Source: the human T2T-CHM13v2.0 reference genome, Homo sapiens. Taken from it: a stretch of DNA of 64,000 nt. Every line of letters begins with the position of its first letter. Position 1 is the stretch's first letter. The notes beneath the pieces were generated by a model. It was not told the origin of the DNA, did not search any database, and saw only the letters and a list, made by a program, of their open reading frames with translations. Shown one piece after another: positions 1 through 12,449 of this stretch. The stretch lies in the NCBI RefSeq assembly GCF_009914755.1, contig NC_060947.1; one strand, written 5' to 3'. Position numbers and translations under genes: made by a program.

Positions 1-127
1 TTGGCTAAAAACTGAGGTTTGTTATGGTATACACCCCTGCACAGTTTGATTTTTTAAAAACAATGATTATAAATTACTTTTATTATTTATAAAAATATTA
101 TTTAAAATTTTGGTACTAAAAACAGAG

Positions 128-690
128 CTCCATCAACAGGTCAATGGATAAAGAAAATGTGGTACATATATACAACCGAGTACTATTCGTCATAAAAAAA
201 TGAGACCCTGTCATTTTTGCAACAAAATGGATGGAACTGGAAATTATTATATTAAGTGAAATAAGGCAGGCACAGAAAGGCAAACATTGCATGTTCTCAT
301 TTAATCTGTGGAATCTAAAAATCAAAACAATTGAACTAATGGATATAGAAAGTAGAAGGATGGTAACCAAAGGCTAGAAAGGATAGTTGGTGGGGCAGGG
401 GAGGGTGAGGTGAGCATGTTTAATGGGCACAAAAAAATAGAAACAATGAATAAGACCTATTATGTGATAGCACAATAAGGTGACTATAGTTAATAATAAT
501 TTAATTGTACATTTTAAAATAACTAAAGAGGTATAATAGGATTGATTGTAACACAAAGAATAAATGCTTGAGGGATGTATACCTCATTCTCTATAATGTG
601 ATTAGTACACATTGCATGCTTCTATCAAAAATTTTCATATACCCCATAAATATATACATCCATTGTGTACTCACAAAATTAAAAAAAACT
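128..690 (+). mobile_element. L1MA-type LINE-1 3' end fragment
   Basis: Contains the ORF2 C-terminal motif (ggataaagaaaatgtggtacatata...ggatggaactgga...attaagtgaaataag), then an L1MA-like 3'UTR ending in an A-rich tail. Confidence 0.85.
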
Positions 691-2147
691 GTGCATTAAA
701 GAAAAACAAAAATAAAAACCATAGTTCAAGTTATAAACAAAATAAAGGTAATTTGGAGGAAAACTGTCTTCAGTTATATTGGATATTTGGGGGACATTTT
801 TGTATGTTAGTTAGCAAAGATCACTTGAAAAAGAAGATTCTTCCTTCTATGATTCAAGGGAGCCTAGCAAAAAATAAATGAAATGAAATAAAATAATACA
901 AAGAGAAAAGATTATTCCATAAATTCTGCTTACTTATTTCTGGCAAACTTGTTGACAGCACATGTGACCTTTTGGTAAAAAGACATTTTTATATTTTTAG
1001 TTAAGTTTCAAATATAAATTGTTTGTGTTTTTAAAATAAATTAAATGGATGATTTCAGCCAGATCATTATGAAAACACATGAGATATTGGGTTATGCAAT
1101 GACTAACAGTGTGTACCTTTTCTTGATATTTATTCATAAACTGGGGAATAAAAGTACATTTTGGCCCATTTACTCCTTAAATAATTTTATGTCTCCCAAG
1201 GAGAGTTGTAAGTTGCTTGATAGTAAATGCTATGTATTTTGTACCTTAGTGTATATATTATGGGATTTCAGCGTTAGAAGAGCTCTTAAATGCCGTGTTC
1301 ATAGTCCAACCTGTCTTCTGATGCTTGAAATCCCCTTGCAGTAGGAAATGCAAAGTAGAGAGCAGACACTCAATAATGTAGTTAGTGAATTATTTAGAAA
1401 GAGGCATTTTGAGCCCATAATGTATGATAGGTACTTCTACATTTATTATTTTATTCTTTGCAGACCTGCAGAAAACTGTAAGAAAAAAGTTTATTTCAGA
1501 TTCATGTGTTTATTTGATTAATCTCTTCATAGGTTTCATTTTTCAGCTCCTGTCAGAAAATACAGATTCTTATAAGGTTCACCTTTTACCCATAAGAATA
1601 ATAGTATAAAGGGGATAATGTGAAATACAATCACTTCACAGACTGTTTCAATTAAATAAGAGCTCGTAGATAATTCAGTCCACCACACCCCATTTTACAG
1701 ATGTTGAAATTGAAGCCCCCACCAAAAGGAAAAGACTTGTTCAAAGTCACACAGCAAGTCAGTGGTGAACCTAATTAGGCCCCCTGCCTTCCATTTTAGT
1801 GAGATTCCTGTGCTGATAGTCATACCCATATCAAATCCTCTTTGGCAGTTATAGCTTGCCCACAGTAATGTGTCCTGAAAAATATGACAATTAATTAAGT
1901 TGGAGACAGAACCATAACCTCTTTATAAAAATTTTCTGGAAAGTTTACATGACAGTAAGTAATATATAATTAGAAAGGATAATTCTTATTTCATATTTAT
2001 CTTTTTGTTTCAGAATAATAAACTAAGCTATCTCTACTCAGTCCATTTTAATACAAAAATATTTTTACCCGGACTGAGTTTTTATGCTTTTTAGGAACTT
2101 TGTATCTGCCTCACTTAGTTAAAATCCTAGCTGCACTAATCACTTAC

Positions 2148-2723
2148 TGTGGTAGGCAGAATTCTAGAATGACCCTGAATACCTTGTCCTTGTATGATTC
2201 CTTCCTCTTTAAGTAAGGATAAAAACTGTGAATATGATATCACTCCCTTGATTAGGCTTTGTTATATGGCACAGTTAACTTTAAGAAAGGACCAATCACA
2301 CAAGCCATTTGAAAGCAGAGGGTTTGGGTATTTTTTAACTGGTGGCAGAAAGCCACGCAGAGATTTGAACATTGAGGGGAATTTGAATTTGATGTGCCAG
2401 TACTAACTTGAAGATAGAGGAGGCTGCATGGAAAGTGGCCTTTAGGAGTGATCCCTGGCTGACAGCCAGTAAGAAAATGAGGGCCTCAGACCTACAGCCA
2501 TAAAGAATTCTGTCAGTGAACTTGAACTTGGAAGTGGATTCTTCCTCTAGAACTTCCATATAAGAGTCCAGCCTGATTGACACCTTGATTTTGGACTTGT
2601 GAGACCCTGAGCAGAGAATCCAGTTGACTTCTGACCTAAAAAAAAAGTCAGATAATAAATGAGTATTGTTTTAAACTGCTAATTTTGTGATAATTTGTTA
2701 TGCAGCAATAAAAAACTAATATA
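2148..2723 (+). mobile_element. MLT1-family (ERVL-MaLR) solo LTR
   Basis: Starts tgtggtaggcagaattct and ends ...ataatttgttatgcagcaataaaaaactaata, the typical MLT1 termini. Internal gacaccttgattttggacttgtgagaccctgagcagaga. Confidence 0.85.
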
Positions 2724-3049
2724 TTTACCATGCAAGGCAAGGCATTTATCCTCTCATGATTCAGTTTCTTTTTACCTGACATAATGGAATTAATTTATAC
2801 TGCTGTGAAGTTGTAGTTGAGAAACATGACTTCTAAAGTAATAGAGGACATGTATTATTAATTTTAGTAGTATTAATAGTAATGATACTGATTCTCCCAG
2901 GCCTATACAAATCCTTTGATACACAAATGAATAGTAAAGGAACATAAATTGTCTCTAGGTAGACTTTCCCACAATGCAATTTTAGGATACAGAGGTCATA
3001 TGCCTGTTATTCTACTGTGGCAGAGAAAATATGGAGCCTGGAAAACTGT

Positions 3050-3870
3050 TCATTTGCATCACATACATCTTGGGAGCTCACTCTGAACCTGGTACCATAA
3101 TAAGCTCTGTAGACAGTATAAAGAGGAAAGGAATCAGACATGGTGTCTGACCTCAAGTGTCTCATAACGTAGTAGAAGAGGTAAAATATGGGTCACACTA
3201 ACTCTACTGCAAAGTAGGAAGTGCTTGTCGCCTTGAGATTGACAAAATTTGGTAAGAGTTCAGAGGAGATTGTCTGTGAACTGGGCCTTGAAGAATAGTT
3301 AGGATTTGAATAGGAGAAGGTGAAGAAGGAAGGCATTCCAGCTAGGGAGAAGAGCACAAACAAAAGCATAGATAACCTTGAACATCATCATATGGGATAA
3401 TTCAATAGTTCAGTATAATGGAAGTATAAGATGCATAAAAATAAGTGTAGTAGGAAACAAGTTTAAAAGTATAGATTGGGGTTAGTCATACAAGGCCTTG
3501 AATTTCAGGCTAAGGAGTTTAGACATTAACATTTGTTTTTGAACAAAGGGGTGAACTGATCACATCTGTGATTTAGAAAGAAAATTCTAGCAATAGTGTA
3601 GATAAGGGTTGATGGTAAAGTTTGGAAGGTGGTGAGGCAGAGGCTGGAGACAGGGAGCACATTTAGGATAGAAAGATGATAAAGAGATGATTTAGAAGAG
3701 TTGTTTTGGAAAAGGAGAAGACAGAAAATGTTTTAGAGGTGTCATAGAGATAAAATTGGCATGGCATGGTGCAAGGAGGTAAAGCCCAATAGCTTTGTAA
3801 GGTGCTGAGATAGATTGAAATCACAGAGTTAGGAAGTTTTAGAGTCAGGATTAGTACCAAGACAGCTTGG
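3050..3870 (-). mobile_element. L2 LINE remnant
   Basis: Degenerate L2 motifs (gggccttgaagaatagttaggattt...aggcattccagc...gcacaaacaaaagc; ggctaaggagtttagac). Boundaries approximate. Confidence 0.6.
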
Positions 3871-4028
3871 CTCTAGATCTCATACTTAACACTTACAGTA
3901 TAATTCTGAGAGGGTGGGTAACAGCAATAGTCAGAGGAAAGAACCCTTTTATACATGATGGTACAGGAACAACACTGGCTTCCAACCCCACAGCTGCTCT
4001 TTAACAGAAGGTCAGAAGCTGGGGAGAA

Positions 4029-4031
<3 letters not shown>

Positions 4032-4080
<49 letters not shown>
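4032..4080 (+). repeat. (TG)24 microsatellite
   Basis: Perfect TG run read directly. Confidence 0.98.
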
Positions 4081-4086
<6 letters not shown>

Positions 4087-5754
4087 CATTTCTGGGACTA
4101 AGGATGGGAAGTAGATTAGTTGAGGCCACTGCAGTGGGGTCTGCAAGTTGCTAGCACTCACCCGTTCCAAGAGGCCTTAAAGGTGTTGATCTGTTCCCTG
4201 GGCATCACCACATTCCACAAATTAATGTTCCTCTGAGAGAATAGGGTGATTCAATTTCACTGTGCCCGAAGGTTACTTTTGGGGTTCATGTTTGTTCTAA
4301 GTCTATGCTAATGATCTGCCAACTGTCTGTTTGTCACTTTCTCTAACCCTTAGCATGTATAAACTGATCTGTTGGGAAATGTGTAGCATTTATAGGATGG
4401 TAGGATTTGTAACATGCGATCACAGGACTGTTTATATAGAGTCCCTGGGAAGGGGAGAGAAGAGTATTTCTGTTACAAATGTGGATTCTTTGGCCCCTCC
4501 TCAAACTTACTGAGGTTCAAGAATTGACATTTATAATAAGCACATATCCATTTTCAATAAACATGAAAGTTTCATACCCTCTTTTAATGTTTGAAATCCT
4601 CAAATAAATTAGTCATTGGTGCCAGAGTATCAAATAATTATGGTACAGAATGTATTTCTCTGAATGACACCTTCTCCCAGAGATTCTGATATATATTCCT
4701 CTGCACTCACCCTGTTTGATAATTACCAGTATATGGACCATTTACCTGAAGAATAAGAGTAGGGTTTCCTACTGTTGTTGAAAATTTGCTTGACTCTTAA
4801 CAACTTGTGTGTGACTGTAACAAGATCACACAGGGTAAACAATATTAGCTTATTCAACCACTGGCTGAAGAAATTTAGGAAAGTGAACACATTTTTCTTT
4901 ACATTTCTCTTTGTTCTGTGAGCCTTTTATGCTGGAATAGTTTTCACTGCAGGCTGTTATTGTCTGCCTCCAGAGGAGGGAGTTGACCTAGCAGTGGTAA
5001 CTGGAGAGTGTTTTTTGAAACCTCTTTCCAAGGTTAGTTGCCAATGGCATCTTTGGAACAGTGTCCTTCACTTTTGTCCCTCAGGGACCAGTGTGAGAAT
5101 GGGAACTTTATGATCTGGAGCTGGTTAAGTGAAGTCCAAAAATAATTAAGAAAGTGTTTCCTTCCCTGGGAATGAGTTCAGTAGGAATCTCAATGTATTG
5201 TAGAGCACTAAGGACTCAGCCTCAGGCATTTGCAAAGGATTCTTCCAGTTGCCTGTGTTACAGAGGACACAGTTGGCATTTCCTTTTGGTGTTGAGGGGA
5301 GATGTGTACATGGTTGTGAGATGACTCACCCTTTTTGCTTAGATAGTTCTACTTTCATTGTGGACAGACTCTTTGGAGGGCCAGTTTGGCATGCACGTGT
5401 GTGTTCATTCCATCCTGGAGCATTCTTTATGAGAAAGCCATTTGTTGAGTGGTTTGCCATTTTGTTTTACAGCCACTCTGTGGGCTATGAAATGGTCATC
5501 CGGCCGCTTTATTTGTCCCTAAAAAAAGCAGTTTTTCCCTTTCTTATCTTCATGGCTGCCAAGCAGCAGAAAGAGTAACTCAGGGAAGCCATGTGATAGC
5601 CTTTTATCTGTCTGTTCAGAAACTGATGATGTATTGGATTTGATAATTCATCAAATCTGAGGTTTACTGGTTTGTATTTGCCTCAAAATGGGCATATAAT
5701 ATTTTGTCAGGTAACATAATAGACAGATCATTGGCATTGCTTTATTGAAGTGAA

Positions 5755-6140
5755 TTAATTCAATAAGCCTGTAAGTGCCTGACATGTGCCAGGCACTGTG
5801 CTAGGCATTCTGTTAACAGATGAGACAAATCTCTGTCTTTTAGGTGTTTTCAGTCGAACAGGGGAGACAAATATATGAGCAAATTGCTATTTTTTTTAAA
5901 TTTCATAGTGTACATGAGTATAAGGTGCTGAATATGTGATTGATTCTGAGGGAAAAGAGAGATAAGGGAAAGTTCTCAGAGAAAGTCAAGCTGAGGGAAG
6001 AAAAGCACCCCAGACAGAGGGACTAGCATAGAGCTATGCTAGTACATTGAGTTTAAGGGAATGGCACATACTTCACTGTTGCTTCAGCAGACAGCAGGCC
6101 TGTTAGGTTACAAAGGGCCTTGGATGACATGCTGAGGGGT
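5755..6140 (-). mobile_element. L2 3' end remnant
   Basis: ttcaataagcc...gtgcctgacatgtgccaggcactgtgctaggcat is the reverse complement of the L2 3' terminus. Confidence 0.65.
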
Positions 6141-6149
6141 TTTAAAATT

Positions 6150-6405
6150 TTATTTAAATTTTAATTGACAAAATATAATTGTATATTTCTGTGAGGTACA
6201 ATGTGACGTTATGATATATGTATGCAATGTAGAATGATTAAATCAAGCTAATTTGTATATCTACCACCTCACATACTTATTTTTTGGTTAGAACATTTAA
6301 AATTTATTCTCTTAACAACTTTGAAATAGACAACACATTATTATCAACTGTAGTCACCATGTTGTGCAGATCTCAAAAACTTCTAACAAAAACTTTTTAC
6401 CCTTT
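6150..6405 (-). mobile_element. L1MA-type 3'UTR fragment
   Basis: ttttaattgacaaaatataattgtatatt...ggtacaatgtga...aatcaagctaatt...tgtagtcaccatgttgt. Confidence 0.75.
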
Positions 6406-6837
6406 GAAGATATTGAACTGTTTTATGAACACAATCTTAGAAGGATTTAAAAAATAATTTGCTATTCACCAAGTACTTCTTACGTACACTGTGCATGAAA
6501 TGATTATTACTTTTTCTAATATTAGTTTTCTTGATTGAGGCTTGGCAATTATTAGTTTGTATGCCTTTAGAAGGATCATAAGCAGAGGTTTATCCCAGTA
6601 GGATTTGCATTTTAGAATGATGACTTTGGGAGTAAAATACAGAGAAGTGAAACCAGAGATAGTGGGATCATTCTGGAGTCTGTTGCCTACACTGAACAGT
6701 AGTTGAGCGAAAAAGGATGGGCAGAATGTGTTGGTTCTGGGTATTGCAAATTCATGGCACTTGAGTGAAAAAGTTTAAGCCTTCTATTGGCTCTTTGTGA
6801 ATATCTTCAACATGCATGACTACAAATAGAACACATG

Positions 6838-7162
<325 letters not shown>

Positions 7163-8759
7163 CACACGGTATTTTTGAAAGAACAGTGAGCTTGGATTAG
7201 AACACTAGTGTCCAGGCCCTGCTGCTACTACATAAGTAATTATGAATCCATAGCCATCTTGTTGCTCTTCTTCTCTGAGCCTTGGTTTCTTTAGCTATAA
7301 AATGGGAAGTTGAAACTTTCTAGCTACTTCTTTGAGTTATGAGTAACAAGTTAGGTAATACACTTAAAAGAGAATGTGCTATACAAATACTGGTTCTTAA
7401 GACAGCTGTTGTTAATGTACTGAGTATTATGCTTACCTCACAGGGTTATTGTGAGCATCAAATGGGATAATGGATTTGTAAGCATTTTGTTTAAAGTGTG
7501 ATTCAAATGTTAAGAATTAGTAAAAATAGTAAAAGAACAATTCATTCTCCATCCAGATGTTCTGTCCCCACTGTGACTTATGTGCTCATTCAGAGTTGTA
7601 CAGAAAAACCTCCACTTAATTTTCACAAGCTGGAGTTCCACATGTAACAGAATCATATGGGACCAAAAAATTCTCTGTATTGGCTTCTTCCCTGCCGTAT
7701 TTTGGCTCTGGGACCAACAAGACACCCATTTTGCATGAGCTGCCTGCCACCAACTTTGCGCTCACATCTAGTTCTGTTGCCCATGTGCAAGCTGAATTTG
7801 GGCCCGGGCCCCCAGATCTAACATGAAACTCAAGTTTCCTTCTGTTCAAACTGTCCAGGCATAATAGTCTTAAAGTCCGATGCCCAGCAGAGCCGTAGAT
7901 TTTTCACTGGCCAAAAATCAACATGAAACCAGATGTATCTGTAAATCTAGTTTCATAACACTTTGTAGTCAATGGAAATACAGTAGCAGGCAGACCAGAC
8001 CAGAGTTTACTATTTGCAGTGGAATTAATAACCACATGGAAACTTTGCCTTTGGTATCTGCGAGATGGAAGATAAAGGTGCGAATTCAAAGCAGTTCCCA
8101 CCTTACCCTCTAAATTCCAACATAAAGAGGCCTTGAATGTCCTTCTATCTTATTGTATATTTCATTAACAGAAGTATGTTCCTAGCTACTTAGTCATTCT
8201 ATCTCTATTCTCCTTTGTTTTAACTTCAGTGGTGCCAGCTTAAGATGCTCTGGCTTTCAGCTTTCATGGAGCACGTCATGTTTTTAAACTTATCTTTAGG
8301 GACAGAAATGTTAGGAAGATCCTAGTTCCTCATCTCTTTGCTCCTGACAAGGAAATTTAGAATTGCCTAAAGAAAGGGTGTATTGGCCAACCTAATAATA
8401 AATCAGTATTAGTGAATCTAAAGCATATTTGAAAAATTTGTAACATGAGTTGAAATTCAGACCTGCAATGAAGTGTTTTTAAAAGATTTAAAATCGAAAT
8501 AATATAAAAGAATGTTAAAAACAAGTAAAACATATCACTAGTTAATCACTCTACCAAAATTCATTTTTATGTTTGCATATTTAACCATTTTTATTTTCTA
8601 TATTTGTCCATGAACATGTGTTTTTATATATTGTTTATATTAAACGTGGTTTTAATCATGGCTTATTTCTTTTATGTTTTACTTCTTTTCCTTTGACATA
8701 AAATATTGTATTTTTTAAATTTTAATTGCTTCTTGGCATACCCTTCCAATATTGGTGGC

Positions 8760-8937
8760 TATATAGATTGAAGTTAAAACTAATTACAATCAGAGAAAAT
8801 TAACAATTCATCCCTTCAATCTCATTAGTCACAAGTTAAATACTCAATAGCCACATCTATCTAGTTGCTACTGTTTTGAATAGTACAGATATAAGACATT
8901 TTCATCAACACAGAAAATTCACTTGGAAAGCATTGCC
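8760..8937. mobile_element. MER3/MER33-like hAT-Charlie DNA transposon fragment
   Basis: ctcaatagccacatctatctagttgctactgttttgaatagtacagatata...acagaaaattcacttggaaagcattg. Confidence 0.65.
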
Positions 8938-10189
8938 CTGGAGTAAATGTGCCAGACTGTACTATATCATTTTTCTCTTGTTGGACATCTAAGTTATTTC
9001 TTATTTTTTAAATATTTTATATAACTTGACGGTGAATATACCTATGTACATAACTATTTGCTTTGGCTGAATTATTTCTTAGAATCAATTTCAAAAGTGG
9101 AGTTATTAGGTCAAAGAGCATGAGAAGATTTTTTGGAACCTGCAGTGTATTGCCATAGTCCTCTCAAAAAAGTTTATGTCAACTTAAAGTACTTCTAGCA
9201 GCATATGATTGTACTAATTTCGCTGCAATCTCAACAACACTGGACATTATAAGTTTTTATTCTACCCTATTTTCCATTAAAAGATAGCTTATGCTTGATT
9301 GACTTTGCATTTTATTTTATTATTAATAATGATGTGGTTTCCTTTTTTCTAGATTTTATTTTTATTTAAGGCATCCTTTGATTTTAACCTGATTTTTTTT
9401 CTCTAAAAATTATTCTAAGAAAAGACAAAGGTGATACGAAATATATCCTGAGTTTTTATTTTTTTCTTGCATGGGATTTGTATATTTGCACCTTTGCCCA
9501 TTTATACTATGATTTCTTAGTGTCTTCCCTGGCAATTTTAATGAAGACTTCATGTATATCAATTTTTCCACAAATATAATCTTTCTAAAAATAGGTTTTT
9601 TCCACAATATAATTCAGACGTATTCTCCGAAATGTTGGAAAAACTTAAGTAGGCATCAAAGCATTTGAAGATTTGTTTAAAGGTTGTTTTTATACCAGTT
9701 TTAAATTGTAATTTAAGGGTCATAAAATAGGTGAAAATTAAATCATTTTTCAGTAAGGGGGCAAGACCACTTAACTCTTGGAAAATACAGGAAACGTAGA
9801 TTTCTAGAGGCCAAGAAGGAGGTAGGGATTATTTTGTAACTGCCCCCAACCTTCTAACCTGTAATGAAACAAACACTGAAGGCCCTTAAACATTTTTAGG
9901 CTTAATTGGCTGTCCTTGTACTTAGGGCACATCTAAAAATCCTGAGGCAACCACTCAAGAGAACATGCTTTTGTTAATTCAAAGGGAGCTGTCCTACGAG
10001 TGTCCAGAATCCTCTGTAGTCTTGGGCCTGGTGCTTGAGAGACCCAAAGGAAAGGTCAATGGAATTACAGCTTAGTGTTAGAGCTTTCATGCATCACACT
10101 AATTAATTAATGTCATAAAGGTCTCTCTCCTGTTATGGGAAAAAGCAGCAAATAGGAACTTCTGGTAGGGTGCTTAAAGTTGGTTTGAT

Positions 10190-11460
10190 ATTTTTTATTA
10201 GCATTTTTAACTAATACAAGTAATACATGCTTATGGTAGAATGATAAAACTGAAAAAAAAGGTATGAAAATTTAGAAGTTCTCCTACTCATGACCTCACC
10301 CCTTCTTTCACTCCCAGTTTCACTCCTCAGAGGGTAACCACAGTGACTAGCTTCTTGTGTTTGGTTCCTGAGATTTTCTATGTATATATATTGTTAGATA
10401 TATGCATGGTATGTTTTCAAAATTCCTGTTACACTATAATTACTGTTCTACAACTTAATTTTTTCACTTAATTAATAGACCTTATATATGCTTTTCCATA
10501 TTGGTATATATAGATCTATATAAGTTTTCTTAAAGGTTGCACAACTTTCAATTGTATGGCTGTCTTGTAATTTACTTTTTGTTTCCCTTACTAATGGATA
10601 TTTCATGTTTCCCTAACTCTTTTGATATTAAGAGTAGTGCTGCAATTAACATCCTTGAGAGGCAGTATATATGGTGTTTAAGATGAATGGTTCTGGAGCC
10701 AGACTACTTTGGATTGAATATTGGTGCCACCAATTCCTTGCTGTATGACCTTAGGCAAGTTGCTTAATTTCTTTGCCTCAGTGTCCTTGTGTGAAAAAAT
10801 GGAGGCAATAATGGTCACTATCCAGTAGGGCTTTTATGAGGATTTAGTAAGTTAATAATGCACTTTAAGAACTTAGTTATTTTTAGATTAAGTAGTGAAG
10901 GACTATATAATTGTTAGTATAATTGTATACCTTTATTATCATACTTTTGCATGTATAGCAATAAGACAAATTCTTAGATGTTTAACCATTGGACATAAGG
11001 AATGTACGCATTTTAAGTACTGGTAGATATTACCTTTTCCCTGCCAAAAATTGCAAATATTGGATATTAACTTTTTAAATCTTAGTAAATCTGATAAGTA
11101 TAAATAACAGTTTATCATCATTTTAAGTTGCCTATCTTAATTTTGTGTGAAAATGATTATCTTTTCACATGTTTTTTTGGCCATTTATGTTTCTTTCCAT
11201 GTGAACTAACTGTTCTTGGCCATTGCCTATTTGTTGTTGCTGTTACTATATGGCTTTTCATCTGTTTCTTATTGGTTTATGGAGCTCTTTGTATATACAG
11301 GAATTTAGCCTCTATTTATATGTGTGACAAATACTTTTTCCAATTTATCTTTAAAATTTGTTTATGTTTTCCTATTCATCAGTCTAAAATTATGTAGTTA
11401 AATTCATCATTGTTTTTTCTTATGACTTTAGAGTTTGGAGATCATGCTTCAAAGGTCTTT
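10190..11460 (-). mobile_element. Ancient L1ME-like fragment interrupted by a MIR
   Basis: T-rich degenerate L1 3' motifs (cagagggtaaccac; gtgctgcaattaacatcctt; tttggccattt...gagctctttgtatat). Confidence 0.55.
10660..10880 (+). mobile_element. MIR SINE
   Basis: ggcagtat...tctggagccagac...tgaccttaggcaagttgcttaatttctttgcctcagt...aaaatggaggcaataat. Confidence 0.85.
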
Positions 11461-12129
11461 CTAGGTGGGGATGATTTAAATCATGTACTGGAAGTATTTT
11501 TGCCAAAAAGACTCACGAATTATGGATGTTAGAGCTAAAAGGGACCTTAGAGATTTCCTAGTTCAACCACCTTTTCTTCATACCTTTTTAATTTTTCTCT
11601 GCAGATGAAAAGAAGTTTAGTCCTAAAGAAAGAAAAGAGTCTAAAGGTTCTCCAGTAAGCTAATGGCAAAAATGTAGACTGGAACTTCTAGCTCCTGATG
11701 TGTATTTCAGTGATCATTCAATTTAACCAGATGGTTTCACAAAAAGAGCTTTCTACTAAAAAATAAAATACATACTTAAGCAACTCAGAGAATTTTTTTT
11801 TTATTTTTCAGATTAATTTTCACTTAGAGATTCATCAGCATATGTACTATACATGTACAAATCACCTGTGTGTTTTGGATATTTAGTTAAACAAATGTGC
11901 AAATATTTTAACCAAAGGAGCATATTCATTTGTGTTTTATTTTCTTAATGGTTTTCGTTATGAATGTGAAATGTGTATTTACCTTAACAGAAATTAAGTA
12001 TATTTTTGGTCTGACATATATGAGAACTGAAAAGCATTGGCTTGGCTGCTAACTGCATTCTCATCTTTCTTTCTCTGCTTTGGCAAAGTCTGGGATTAAA
12101 TCTAATACCTTTTAAACTGTTTGGGACTT

Positions 12130-12425
12130 CAGCCAGAGTGACCTGTCTTGAATTCAGAACTGCGCAGATCATTCCCCATTCTAAGGCCCTCTCATGCCTC
12201 CTCATTGCCTGTAGGATGAGATCCAAGTACCTTAGCATAGCTTATGCACTGTAGTCACTTGACCTCTAGCACCTATGCAGTCTTCCAGTCTTATTTACAC
12301 ATTCCTTTGCACATGCTGTTTCCCCGTGTGGGGCAACTTTTTTCTTGCCTGTCTGCCTGCCTAAGCCAACTTAAATAAACATCATTTCTGTAACTTCTGT
12401 GAAGCCTTTTCCAATCTCTCCACTC
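12130..12425 (+). mobile_element. L2 internal fragment
   Basis: ctcattgcctgtaggatgagatccaag...ctttgcacatgctgtttcc...tctgtgaagccttttcc. Confidence 0.6.
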
Positions 12426-12449
12426 CAAGACGAAGGTGTTTCTATAGGC

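Noticed and set aside
4642-4656. ARE-like GGTACAgaaTGTATT
   Set aside because: Lacks the invariant C of the right half-site; such matches are expected by chance in 64 kb.
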